Assembly (NCBI GenBank): GCA_963740355.1 | Contig: CAVUDW010000003.1 | Location: forward strand, 2,208,001 to 2,272,000 | Source: an uncultured Gemmatimonadaceae bacterium | GTDB lineage: Bacteria; Gemmatimonadota; Gemmatimonadetes; Gemmatimonadales; Gemmatimonadaceae | DNA: 64,000 nucleotides | Reading direction: 5' to 3' | In this document: positions 9,581-19,441 of the stretch, one piece after another | Layout: each line of letters opens with the position of its first letter | How positions within the stretch are numbered: position 1 is the first letter of the stretch | The notes under the pieces: generated by a model | What the model was told of the DNA's origin: nothing | Databases searched by the model: none | What the model saw: the letters and a program-made list of their open reading frames with translations, nothing else | Program-made: the position numbers and the translations under genes

Positions 9581-10987
9581 ATGACCATCGATCGACGTCA
9601 GTTTCTCCTCGCGGCGGCGTCTGGCGCGGCCCTCCTCGGCGCACGACAGGGGCGCGCCAGCCAACCCGCGCCGCGATCTGGGGCGATCCCCCGCCCGCGC
9701 CCAACCCGTGCGCAACTCGAGTGGCAGCGCGACGAGTTGGCGATGTTCGTGCACTTCGGCGTCAACACCTTCACCGACCGTGAGTGGGGCGACGGCACCG
9801 AGTCGCCGTCGATCTTCAATCCGTCGGCTCTCGATGCTCGTCAATGGGCACGGACCGCGCGCGCCGCAGGATTTCGCGCCATGATCCTGACCGCGAAGCA
9901 TCACGACGGATTCTGCCTCTGGCCGACGAAGACGACGAGTTACAGCGTGGCGTCCAGCCCCTGGCGCAACGGTACGGGCGATCTGGTCCGCGAATTTGTC
10001 GACGCCTGCCGCGCAGAGGGATTGAAGCCCGGCCTCTACCTGTCGCCGTGGGACCGGAACGCCTCCGTCTACGGTGACTCGCCGCGCTACAACGACTTCT
10101 ACATCGCGCAGCTCACGGAGCTGTTGACGCACTACGGCACCATTCACGAAGTCTGGTTCGACGGCGCCAACGGCGAGGGGCCAAACGGCAAGCGGCAGAC
10201 GTACGACTGGGCGCGCAACTGGGGCACCGTGCGTCGCCTGCAGCCACAGGCGGTCATGTTCTCCGACGCGGGGCCCGATGTCCGATGGATCGGCAATGAG
10301 CGGGGCGCGGCTGGCACCACCAACTGGTCGACCGTGGATCCACGCATCGTCACCGCGCCCGGCGTCAGTGGCGATGAAGTGATGCGATCCCTGCAGGATG
10401 GCGATCGCGATGGCACGGTCTGGCGGCCTGGGGAAACCGACGTCTCGATTCGCCCCGGCTGGTTTCATCATCCCGCCGAAGATGCCAAGGTGCGCTCGGC
10501 GACGGATCTGGTGCAGCTCTATTTCTCCTCGGTCGGTCGCAACTCGAAGTTGTTGCTGAACGTGCCACCGGCGCGCGATGGTCTCTTCCAGTCGAGCGAT
10601 GTCGCCAGCCTGCTCGCGATGCGCGCACAGCTGGATGCGATGTTTCGTGCCGATGTGGTTCGAAAGGGATCGATGCGATGGCAGCGACAGGGGACACACG
10701 CGGCGACCGCAGAGGCGCTGCTGCACACCGGGTCGCGGGTGGCGATCATCGATCTACGCGAGGACATCGCCCGTGGCCAGCACATTGCGGGTTATCGCGT
10801 CGAACTGCGCGCAGCGGGACGCTGGGCGGAGGTGGCCAGCGGGACGACGATTGGCTATCGGCGGCTGATCGAGGTGCCTGCGCCAACCAGCGCAAACGCC
10901 ACTGGCTACGACGCTGTGCGCGTCACGATTACCGACGCCGCTGACACCCCGCTCCCGATCGACATTCGGTGCCACGCCATCGGCTGA
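9581..10987 (+). CDS. Alpha-L-fucosidase (GH29), TAT-exported
   Basis: RRQFL signal; FVHFGVNTF, TAKHHDGFCLW, YLSPWD, VWFDGA, ETDVSIRPGWF and LLLNVPP motifs. Confidence 0.93.
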   Translation: MTIDRRQFLLAAASGAALLGARQGRASQPAPRSGAIPRPRPTRAQLEWQRDELAMFVHFGVNTFTDREWGDGTESPSIFNPSALDARQWARTARAAGFRAMILTAKHHDGFCLWPTKTTSYSVASSPWRNGTGDLVREFVDACRAEGLKPGLYLSPWDRNASVYGDSPRYNDFYIAQLTELLTHYGTIHEVWFDGANGEGPNGKRQTYDWARNWGTVRRLQPQAVMFSDAGPDVRWIGNERGAAGTTNWSTVDPRIVTAPGVSGDEVMRSLQDGDRDGTVWRPGETDVSIRPGWFHHPAEDAKVRSATDLVQLYFSSVGRNSKLLLNVPPARDGLFQSSDVASLLAMRAQLDAMFRADVVRKGSMRWQRQGTHAATAEALLHTGSRVAIIDLREDIARGQHIAGYRVELRAAGRWAEVASGTTIGYRRLIEVPAPTSANATGYDAVRVTITDAADTPLPIDIRCHAIG

Positions 10988-11222
10988 CCGTCAGGCGACC
11001 GCGCCCCTCGCCGCCCCCGACAAGCGCCCCTTAGCGGACCCAGCTTTAGTGGAATGCCGCCGACCGGTAACAATCCAATTGAGATGCAGCTATCAGCGGC
11101 TGGGTTTGCGTACGTTAGCCGACACATCACGAGGCGAGCCCTGACGGGGGCGCCCCGTGGTTGTGACCCCGCCAGCGCATTCACGCGCGGCACCCTGCAT
11201 CATCATTGAACCACCACAGCTG

Positions 11223-12791
11223 ATGACCGCCCGTCTTCATGCCGCGCCATCGCTGCGCGATAGCTGGAAGGCCGACCTCCCGGCATCGCTCGTCGTCGTG
11301 CTCGTCGCACTGCCGCTCTGCCTGGGCATCGCGCTTGCCTCAGGTGCGCCACTCGCCTCCGGGATCGTGGCCGGTGTGCTCGGCGGCATCGTGGTTGGCT
11401 TGCTCTCGAACTCACAGCTGATGGTGAGTGGTCCCGCGGCCGGTCTCACGGCCATCGTGGTGGCGGGCATCACGACGTTGGGATCCTTCGAGAATTTCCT
11501 CGTCGCGGTGGTCATCGGTGGACTGCTGCAAGTGGCCTTCAGCATCGCGCGCGCCGGCGTGATCGGCTACTACATCCCCAGCGCCGTGATCAAGGGAATG
11601 CTGGCCGCGATCGGCATCATCCTGATCCTGAAGCAGATCCCGCATGCCGTGGGATTCGACGCCGACTTCGAGGGCGATGAATCCTTCATCCAGCCCGGCG
11701 CCGGAACCACGTTCTCCGCACTCGGCGAGGTGTTGCAGCACGTGCAGCTTGGCGCGGTCATCATTGCAACGATCGCGTTGGCGGTGCTTGTCCTCTGGTC
11801 CCGACCGGCGCTGAAGAAGCTCAAGGTTGTGCCGGCACCACTGGTGGTCGTGCTGCTTGGTATCGGGCTGAACGCGCTGTTCGCGACATCCTTTCCTTCA
11901 CTGGCAATCCGGTCGACCCACCTGGTGCAGTTGCCGGTGGCCGAGTCACCGAGTGATTGGCTGAATTTCTTTTCGATGCCCGATTGGAGTGCGATCACGC
12001 GCCTCGCGACATGGCGGTTGGGCCTGACGATCGCCATCGTCGCCAGCCTCGAGACGCTGCTCAGCCTCGAAGCCACCGACAAGATGGACCCGTTCAAGCG
12101 CGAGTCAGATACCAACCGCGAGCTGCTGGCGCAGGGCATCGGCAATACGATCTCCGGCTTGATTGGCGGATTGCCGCTGACCGGCGTGATCGTGCGCAGC
12201 GCGGCGAACATCGATGCCGGTGCACGCACGCGCTGGTCTGCGATCCTGCACGGTGTCTTCCTGCTCGCCTTCGTGCTCGCCATCCCGACGTTCCTCAACC
12301 TGATTCCGCTGGCGGCGTTGGCGGCCATGCTGCTCTACACCGGCTTCAAGCTGGCGGCGCCGGCGCTGTTCCGCACTGCGTGGTCGTTGGGCCGTTCACA
12401 GTTCATCCCGTTCGTGGTGACCGTCCTCGCCATCGTGCTGACCGACCTGCTGGTGGGCATCGCGATTGGCCTGGCGGTGGCGGCGATGTTCATCCTCGCG
12501 CAGTACCTGCGCCAGCCAGCGCTGCAGGTGATCAGTCCGCGCGGTGCGGTGCTGACGCGTTATCGCCTGCCCGATCAGGCCACGTTCCTCAGCAAGGCCA
12601 ACATCGAGCGGACGCTGAGTGACCTTCCGGATGGCAGCCGCATCGAGATCGACGGAACGCACACGACGCGATTCGACTACGACGTGCTCGAGCAACTGCA
12701 CGAATTCACGGCGACCGCCGCGCTGCGCGGCATCGACTACCGCCTGGTGAACATCCCGGCCGCCCCGACGACACCCACCCATTCGCACTGA
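11223..12791 (+). CDS. SulP/SLC26 anion (bicarbonate/sulfate) transporter
   Basis: DLPASLVVVLVALPLCLGIALASG, VSGPAAGL, NRELLAQG and GVIVRS motifs; short STAS-like tail. Confidence 0.92.
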   Translation: MTARLHAAPSLRDSWKADLPASLVVVLVALPLCLGIALASGAPLASGIVAGVLGGIVVGLLSNSQLMVSGPAAGLTAIVVAGITTLGSFENFLVAVVIGGLLQVAFSIARAGVIGYYIPSAVIKGMLAAIGIILILKQIPHAVGFDADFEGDESFIQPGAGTTFSALGEVLQHVQLGAVIIATIALAVLVLWSRPALKKLKVVPAPLVVVLLGIGLNALFATSFPSLAIRSTHLVQLPVAESPSDWLNFFSMPDWSAITRLATWRLGLTIAIVASLETLLSLEATDKMDPFKRESDTNRELLAQGIGNTISGLIGGLPLTGVIVRSAANIDAGARTRWSAILHGVFLLAFVLAIPTFLNLIPLAALAAMLLYTGFKLAAPALFRTAWSLGRSQFIPFVVTVLAIVLTDLLVGIAIGLAVAAMFILAQYLRQPALQVISPRGAVLTRYRLPDQATFLSKANIERTLSDLPDGSRIEIDGTHTTRFDYDVLEQLHEFTATAALRGIDYRLVNIPAAPTTPTHSH

Positions 12792-12794
12792 TCG

Positions 12795-13457
12795 ATGCAG
12801 AACTACAAGAACCTCTTCGAGCAAAACCGCGCCTGGGCCACCAGCATCAGCCAGACGGATCCCGGCTACTTCGAACGCCGTGCCGCGGGCCAGCAGCCGC
12901 ACTTCTTCTTCATCGGCTGTTGCGATTCACGGGTGCCCGCCGAGCTGCTCACCGGCGCAAAGCCTGGCGAGATCTTCACCCACCGCAACATCGCAAACCA
13001 GGCGCACCCCAACGATCTGAGCATGCTGGCGGCGCTCGAGTACGCGGTCGAGTTTCTCGACGTGAAGCACGTGTTGGTCTGCGGGCACTATGGCTGCGGC
13101 GGCGTGCGGGCCTCGCTCTCGCCGCAAGGCCACGGCGTGGTGGACCACTGGCTGCACGTGGTGCGTGACGTGCACCGGTGGAACGCCGATGAGATCAATG
13201 CACTGCCTGATGACGATGCCCGCGCCCACCGCCTCGTGGAGCTCAACGTGGTGGAGCAGGTGTTTCAGCTGTCCCGGACGCCGGTGGTGCAGCGTGCATG
13301 GGGGAAGGGGCGCCGCCCGATCCTGCACGGAATCGTGTACGACATCCACGATGGCATGCTGAAGGAGCTGGTGACGGGACTGGACGGAGAGGATAAGGCG
13401 CGCGCGCTGCGAACGCAGGTCACGGGCCCGGTGTCGGCCGAGAAGGCCAAGGCCTGA
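12795..13457 (+). CDS. can: Beta-class carbonic anhydrase
   Basis: GCCDSRVP, HRNIAN and CGHYGCGGV zinc motifs; starts 3 nt after the SulP stop. Confidence 0.93.
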   Translation: MQNYKNLFEQNRAWATSISQTDPGYFERRAAGQQPHFFFIGCCDSRVPAELLTGAKPGEIFTHRNIANQAHPNDLSMLAALEYAVEFLDVKHVLVCGHYGCGGVRASLSPQGHGVVDHWLHVVRDVHRWNADEINALPDDDARAHRLVELNVVEQVFQLSRTPVVQRAWGKGRRPILHGIVYDIHDGMLKELVTGLDGEDKARALRTQVTGPVSAEKAKA

Positions 13458-13608
13458 TTTTGCGGGTGTGGTGATTTGGAATCGCGGTTGGAATCGTGAT
13501 GGCGGGCATGATGGGCGCGGCGGACCACGACCTTGTGGATCCTCACCGCGCCCTTGATGTTCTCGCCTACGCCCCGCTGGCTTCCTCGTCACGTGTTGGA
13601 GTTCCTGC

Positions 13609-15060
13609 ATGCACCGCTGTGCCATGGCTCTCCTCGCCGCCGCCGTGCTGGCCGCGCGCGCCGTCCCAGCCCAGCAGGGCGCCTTCGACGTCGTGATCCG
13701 CGGCGGGCGCGTGATCGATCCGGAATCACGACTCGATGCCGTACGTGACGTCGGCATCCGGAGCGGACGCATTGCGGCCATCAGCGCCACGCCGCTTGCC
13801 GGCAAGCAGGTGATCGATGCGCGTGGCCTGGTGGTGGCGCCGGGCTTCATCGACCTGCACGCGCACGGCCAGAACGACGAGAACTATCGCCTCTTCGCAC
13901 TGGACGGAGTCACCACTGCCCTCGAACTGGAAGCGGGCACCGCCGATGTGCCTGCGTTCTACGCGGCGCGCACGGGCAAGGCGCTCATCAACTTTGGCGC
14001 AGCCGCCAGTCACATCAAGGCGCGCATGGCGGTGATGCATGACGCTGGCGTGGCCGCCGGAACGCTGCTGCCACTCGATTCTGCGGGCCACAACATCGCG
14101 AACTTCGACCAGATCGCGGCCATGCGCCGCTTGATCGATGCCGGCCTCGATGCGGGTGGGCTCGGCGTCGGCATGGGGCTGCAGTACACGCCCGCAGCCA
14201 CCAAGTACGAGGTGCTGGAGGCGTTTCGCAGCGCTGCGCGCCGCCATGCGCCGGTATTCGTGCACACCCGCTCGTGGGGTGAAACAGACCCGGGTAGTTC
14301 GGTCGAGTCGTACATGGAAGTGATCGCAGCAAGTGCAATCACGGGTGCGCCACTGCACATCGTGCACCTCAACTCCACCAGCCTGGAAGCCACGCCGCGC
14401 ACACTGGCCATGATCGCCGAGGCGCGCAGCCGCGGCATCGATGTCACGACGGAGGCGTATCCATATATCGCCGGCATGACGGAGCTCGCATCGCCGCTGC
14501 TGGACCGCTACGCCAACGGGCCCGATAGCCTCCTCGGGACGTTGATGCTCGCTCGCACCGGCGAACGCCTCACACGCGCAAGCTTCATCGCCAATCGGAA
14601 GCCCGGCGAGGTCGTGATCCTCTTCGTGAACACACCAGCGATGGAAGCACTTGCCATCACCAGCCCGCTGACGGCCATCGCGAGTGACGGTCGCGTGATG
14701 AATGGTGTCGGTCATCCGCGTGCCGCCGGCACGTTCGCTCGTGTGCTTGGATATTACGTGCGCGAGAGCAAGCAACTCACGCTGCTGGAAGCCATCCGGA
14801 AGATGACGTTGCTGCCGGCCCAACGACTCGAGCAACTGGCTCCGGTGTTCAGGAACAAGGGACGCATCCGCGTTGGCGCCGATGCGGATATATCAGTGTT
14901 CGATGCCGCGACGGTCACGGATCACTCGACATATCAGAAGCCAGCCCTGCCATCCGTCGGCTTTCGGCACGTGCTGGTGAATGGTGTGGCGGTTGTGAGC
15001 AACGGTGTGGTCGTCGACGGGGTGTATCCAGGCCGCGGACAACGTGCGCGAGTTCACTAG
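13609..15060 (+). CDS. Amidohydrolase (D-aminoacylase/dihydroorotase-like), secreted
   Basis: PGFIDLHAH, EAYPY, ASDG, HPRAAGTF and KGRIRVGADAD motifs. Confidence 0.88.
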   Translation: MHRCAMALLAAAVLAARAVPAQQGAFDVVIRGGRVIDPESRLDAVRDVGIRSGRIAAISATPLAGKQVIDARGLVVAPGFIDLHAHGQNDENYRLFALDGVTTALELEAGTADVPAFYAARTGKALINFGAAASHIKARMAVMHDAGVAAGTLLPLDSAGHNIANFDQIAAMRRLIDAGLDAGGLGVGMGLQYTPAATKYEVLEAFRSAARRHAPVFVHTRSWGETDPGSSVESYMEVIAASAITGAPLHIVHLNSTSLEATPRTLAMIAEARSRGIDVTTEAYPYIAGMTELASPLLDRYANGPDSLLGTLMLARTGERLTRASFIANRKPGEVVILFVNTPAMEALAITSPLTAIASDGRVMNGVGHPRAAGTFARVLGYYVRESKQLTLLEAIRKMTLLPAQRLEQLAPVFRNKGRIRVGADADISVFDAATVTDHSTYQKPALPSVGFRHVLVNGVAVVSNGVVVDGVYPGRGQRARVH

Positions 15061-15181
15061 CAACGCATGAACAGCGTTTCATGAAGCTGCATGTGAGACT
15101 CGCGACGCAGCAGCCGCGATGTATCAGCAATTCGCTCGTGCACTTGACGCTTGGCCTTGTAGTCATCCGTAGCTTCACCTG

Positions 15182-16828
15182 ATGACTTCACGTTCCACAC
15201 CGGGCGCGCTGGCCGCGACCGGACTCCTCGACACACCTGCGGCGAGAGCTGAAGCCGCAGCGGCGTTCGTGCGAAAGTATCGCTGGCTGATTTTGCTTGG
15301 CTTGATCACGGCCGCGATCATGGAAGTGCTCGACACCACCATCGTGAACGTCGCGCTGCCGCAGATGGCGGGCAACCTGGGCGCCACGCAGGAAGAAATC
15401 GGCTGGGTCAGCACCGGGTACATCCTCGCGAACGTGATCTTCCTGCCGATGACGGCGTTCTTCGCGTCGCGATTCGGCCGGCGGAGGTACCTGACGGCGT
15501 CGATCGTGATCTTCGTGGTGTCGTCGGTGCTGTGCGGCACGTCACATTCGCTGGTCGAGCTGGTGTTCTGGCGCATCCTCCAGGGTGCCGGTGGTGCGGC
15601 ACTGTTGTCGACGGCACAAGCCACGCTGCGACAGATATTTCCGCAGGAAGAGCAAGGCCTCGTGCAGGCTGTGTTCCTGCTCGGCGTGATCGTGGCGCCG
15701 ACGCTTGGCCCGACGCTCGGCGGATGGATCACCGACAACTACACCTGGAACTGGTGCTTCTTCATCAACCTGCCGATCGGCATCGCCTCGCTGTTCCTGG
15801 TGAGTTCGTTCCTGCGCGATCCGCCAGACCAACAGGCGCACACCGGCGACGTCGACTGGTGGGGCATCGGCCTGCTGACCGTCGGCGTCGGCAGCCTGCA
15901 GTACGTGCTCGAGGAAGGCAACGCGAAGGATTGGTTCGAGGATGGCCTGATCGTGAAGCTGGCGATCGTCGCTGCCGTCTCGCTCTCGTCCATGGTCTGG
16001 TGGGAGCTGCATCCGCGCAACACGCATCCGGTGGTGAACTTCCGCGTGCTGCAGAACCGTGCGCTGTCAGCATCGCTGTTCTTGTTCGTGGCGCTCGGCT
16101 TTGGCCTCTATGGCGGCGTTTTCCTGTTTCCGCTGTTCGCGCAGGGCATCCTCCATTTCACGCCGACGGAGACCGGCCTCGCGATGTTGCCGGGTGGCGT
16201 GGCGACGGGAATTTCCGCGCTGATCTGCGGCGCGATGCTCAACGGCAAGAATCCGAAGGCGGATCCACGGCTGATGATCCTGTTCGGCGTGGTGCTGTTC
16301 GCGATCTCGATGTGGATGATGGGTCATCTCACGACGTCCGCCGGTGAAAGCGATGTGCGCACGGCGCTGCTGGTGCGCGGTTTCGGGCTCGGGTTGCTGT
16401 TCGTGCCGATCAATGCCGTCGCGTACTCCAGCATCAAGCCCTCCGAGGCGCAGCAGGCAGCGGGCCTGATCAACCTTTCGCGGCAGCTCGGTGGCGCGTT
16501 CGGCATCGCGGTGCTGGCGAATCAGGTGGCCAAACACGCCCAGCTCCATCGTGTCGACCTGATTGCCTCCGTCGTGCCGGGCAGTGCGCTGGCCGACGAG
16601 CGCCTCCAGATGCTGACGCGCGGCTTCCTGTCGCGCGGCATGGATGCCGTGACCGCGCACCAGGCGGCGTTGTCGCTCCTCAGCGCGCAGGTCCAGCAGC
16701 AGGCCACGCTGCTCAGCTTCAACGACGCGTGGATGTTCGTGCTGGTGGTGTTCGTGTTGGTCTCGCCTTCGATCCTGCTGCTGCGCAAGCCAGCACGGGG
16801 TGCGGCGCCGCCGGTGGACGCGCACTAG
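15182..16828 (+). CDS. DHA2 (EmrB/QacA) MFS efflux permease
   Basis: MEVLDTTIVNVALP, APTLGPTLGGWITDN and WCFFINLPIG motifs. Confidence 0.92.
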   Translation: MTSRSTPGALAATGLLDTPAARAEAAAAFVRKYRWLILLGLITAAIMEVLDTTIVNVALPQMAGNLGATQEEIGWVSTGYILANVIFLPMTAFFASRFGRRRYLTASIVIFVVSSVLCGTSHSLVELVFWRILQGAGGAALLSTAQATLRQIFPQEEQGLVQAVFLLGVIVAPTLGPTLGGWITDNYTWNWCFFINLPIGIASLFLVSSFLRDPPDQQAHTGDVDWWGIGLLTVGVGSLQYVLEEGNAKDWFEDGLIVKLAIVAAVSLSSMVWWELHPRNTHPVVNFRVLQNRALSASLFLFVALGFGLYGGVFLFPLFAQGILHFTPTETGLAMLPGGVATGISALICGAMLNGKNPKADPRLMILFGVVLFAISMWMMGHLTTSAGESDVRTALLVRGFGLGLLFVPINAVAYSSIKPSEAQQAAGLINLSRQLGGAFGIAVLANQVAKHAQLHRVDLIASVVPGSALADERLQMLTRGFLSRGMDAVTAHQAALSLLSAQVQQQATLLSFNDAWMFVLVVFVLVSPSILLLRKPARGAAPPVDAH

Positions 16829-17462
16829 TCCGTTGCCAGCGGGCAGCGACGACGCCCAACAACACCAGCATCGCTGCACCGCCAACGGCAGCGATGCGAC
16901 GAAACAGGGGCGCCTCGTACCAGTCGAGGAGCCAGTGCCGCGGCGAAAAGAAGAGATGGGACGGGATGTCACGCGTGAGCATTGCGACTTCGGGCCGACC
17001 CTGTGCCGTCGCCTTGACGAGGTAGCTGCGCTCGTCCAGCGCCGGCCCGAACAGTCGCAGCTCGAGCCGCAGCGCGGTGGGCACGACCGCGAACGACTGA
17101 CGGACCAGAACCAGCAGGTGTGTCCCGCCGTTCGCCGCCAGCGTGTCCGTCTCGTCGAACTCCACATTCGGCAACAAGAGGTCACGTCGACCCGGTTCGT
17201 GGCCGTTCGTAATCAGGATCCCGGCATCCAGCTGACGCACGATGTCCACACGATGCAGTGCGAACTCCGTCGCTGACATGCGACCATCACGATTCGTATC
17301 CCACCCCGTCAGCGCTGCCACCGGGATCGAGAAGGCGCCGAAAGCGGCGCTGTCTCGGACATTCACCGTCGCGTGCTGCCGCGGCATGAGATGCGCATGC
17401 GCCGGCGAGACCGCAGCACAACACGCCACGACGAAGAGGACCATCAGGGTCGGGGTCCGCAT
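16719..17462 (-). CDS. Secreted/membrane-anchored hypothetical protein with EF-hand-like loop
   Basis: TGATG-coupled to the YHYH gene; signal peptide ending AHAH, DTNRDGRMSATE loop and a C-terminal hydrophobic segment; 3' end overlaps the DHA2 gene. Confidence 0.65.
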   Translation of the reverse strand: MRTPTLMVLFVVACCAAVSPAHAHLMPRQHATVNVRDSAAFGAFSIPVAALTGWDTNRDGRMSATEFALHRVDIVRQLDAGILITNGHEPGRRDLLLPNVEFDETDTLAANGGTHLLVLVRQSFAVVPTALRLELRLFGPALDERSYLVKATAQGRPEVAMLTRDIPSHLFFSPRHWLLDWYEAPLFRRIAAVGGAAMLVLLGVVAARWQRTSARPPAAPHPVLACAAAGSKARPTRTPPARTSTRR

Positions 17463-18388
17463 CAGGGCGTCCCGGTCACGCCCTTCACACACCGCTGCAC
17501 GTACGGATATGTCTCCGTCACGTAGTAGTGATACGTGCCGTTTGGAAATTCTGGTGTCACACCAGTGCGGCCGTTGCACTCATCGAGGTCGCCTGAACCG
17601 GCGACGTATTCGTAGTCCTGCGTGAACGTCCCCATCGGGAAGATGCTGACTGACGGCCGGCCGACATCGGGTGACGCCTTTTTACGGTAGCTCGACTGCA
17701 TCACGCGGATCGCGGAGGCAGCACTGGTGGCTGTCGAGTAGCCATATCGTGCGTACATCGGAAAGCCATCGATCGCAAAGCCGACCAGCGTCATCGCCGC
17801 GCCCTTGTTCAGCTTCGCGAGATAGGCTTCGGGAAGGCCGTGGTAGTGGTACTGACCGTTGGGCTGCACGTGCGCGTTGCTCTCGTCGGTCCCGAAGGTG
17901 AAAGCACCGCCGATGGCCTCCAGCCGCCAGGGATCGGTGCCCATGGCCGCGACGCATCCACCACCTGGCGCAGTCGATGTTGCCGTCGCGGTACAACTCC
18001 CCGCAGTCGCCGGATCGAACTTCACGCTGTTCAGTGCGTATCCCGGCGTCATGATCGAGCCGGATGCGGTCGCGGCGGCCAATGGCATCAATCGCATGCT
18101 GACGTTGATGACTTGCGCCGACATCGGAGTCGCAAACGCACCGGTCGTCACGGGATGATTGGGAATGCCGTTGCCGGTCAGCGTTCGCACCCCTGCCGAG
18201 CAGCTCCAGCGAGAGGTACTCGTCGCGTTCACCCGCGCGCTGCTGTTGAACTCGGAACTGCTCGTGCCACAAATCACGCCAACAGCCCCCGCGACCGCGG
18301 TTGTGTCTTCGACCGCTGTTGCCGCTGGTCCGCACGCAGTGATGATCGCGGCGACAGCGCCCGCGACGATGGAATGGAGTTGACGCAT
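17462..18388 (-). CDS. YHYH-domain lipoprotein
   Basis: Lipobox-like ITAC; NAHVQPNGQYHYH, GFAIDGFPMY and GDLDECNG...YHYY motifs. Confidence 0.88.
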   Translation of the reverse strand: MRQLHSIVAGAVAAIITACGPAATAVEDTTAVAGAVGVICGTSSSEFNSSARVNATSTSRWSCSAGVRTLTGNGIPNHPVTTGAFATPMSAQVINVSMRLMPLAAATASGSIMTPGYALNSVKFDPATAGSCTATATSTAPGGGCVAAMGTDPWRLEAIGGAFTFGTDESNAHVQPNGQYHYHGLPEAYLAKLNKGAAMTLVGFAIDGFPMYARYGYSTATSAASAIRVMQSSYRKKASPDVGRPSVSIFPMGTFTQDYEYVAGSGDLDECNGRTGVTPEFPNGTYHYYVTETYPYVQRCVKGVTGTP

Positions 18389-18499
18389 GACGTGCCTCGA
18401 AGGGTGGACTGACGGTGCCGGAAGCGCGGCCGTCCGTTGGACACCGCTCGCGACGCCGGCATTCCATGACCTGGTCCTCGCGGCACCACCCCCGCTTGC

Positions 18500-19300
18500 C
18501 TACACGAAGAGCCGCGCCAGCCACATGACGGCGACGACGAGGCCCAGCGTCGTCGCGGTAAACGCCATTCGCTTCCGAAGGACCTCACGGCGCGTTCGCG
18601 ACACCGGTGCCGCCGACCAGTCCGGCGGTGCGGAGAACCACGCGCCGAGGAAGCCACCGCGACCCTCGAACGTGCCAAGCTCACGCACCGTGCTGCCAGC
18701 GCGGGACGCGATCTCCTCGGCGATCGCGCGCATCGACGCAGTCTGCAGATTCGACTCCAGTCCACGCTCCTCGAACAGGAACACCGGCTCGCCCTCGCGA
18801 CGCCTCAATCGGTAGACACGATTCATCATCGCCATGCCCTGTGCGCCATACATCTCGAGGCGCGTCTCGACGGCCCGTACGTCGCTCCACGCGATCGTCT
18901 CGGCAACACGCGGAGGATCGTGAATCAATGAGCGACCCGGTGGCAGGCGCAGCGTGAGCCCGGCGTCGGTGAGCGTGATCGACATCGCCATCTTCCCTCG
19001 CATGTCACGCCACACAAGGCGCGCCAGCGCTCCCATCACCCCGATGAACACCAGCAGGCCGAGTGCGGCGACGACGAGTTCACCGCCACGGAGCGTGCTG
19101 TCGGGTGAGATCAGCAGCGATACCCCGAAGACGACGGCGGCCAGGGTGAGCACACCGCTGAGGAAGAAGGTGATCCCTGAGCCGACGGCGCCCCATCGCG
19201 ACCGGCGCCAATACCTGGCACCGCCGGTGCCTGGCTGATCGCGGAAGGCGGGTTCCATGTGTGGTGTGGGTTCGGTGGGAGTGACGTGAGCGGCCGGCAC
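18500..19300 (-). CDS. Hypothetical membrane protein
   Basis: Two N-terminal hydrophobic helices, a soluble middle region and a C-terminal helix; start uncertain (could be 19258). Confidence 0.7.
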   Translation of the reverse strand: MPAAHVTPTEPTPHMEPAFRDQPGTGGARYWRRSRWGAVGSGITFFLSGVLTLAAVVFGVSLLISPDSTLRGGELVVAALGLLVFIGVMGALARLVWRDMRGKMAMSITLTDAGLTLRLPPGRSLIHDPPRVAETIAWSDVRAVETRLEMYGAQGMAMMNRVYRLRRREGEPVFLFEERGLESNLQTASMRAIAEEIASRAGSTVRELGTFEGRGGFLGAWFSAPPDWSAAPVSRTRREVLRKRMAFTATTLGLVVAVMWLARLFV

Positions 19301-19441
19301 GGCAGGCGAGGCTCACTCACTCACGCGGAATCCGGCGCCAGATCGGCTCACCAGCTCAGCCATTCACGAGTGTGAGCCCCTCCGCTGCCATCCTCCGCGT
19401 GTGTCTCGACCGTGGCGTTCACCCTCCACTTCGAGCCTCCG

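Noticed and set aside
9326..10726. 466-aa minus-strand ORF
   Set aside because: Antisense to the clear GH29 gene.
13476..13499. TTGGAATCGCGG TTGGAATCGTGA tandem as a possible CRISPR or VNTR
   Set aside because: Only two 12-bp units, with no spacers and no cas genes.
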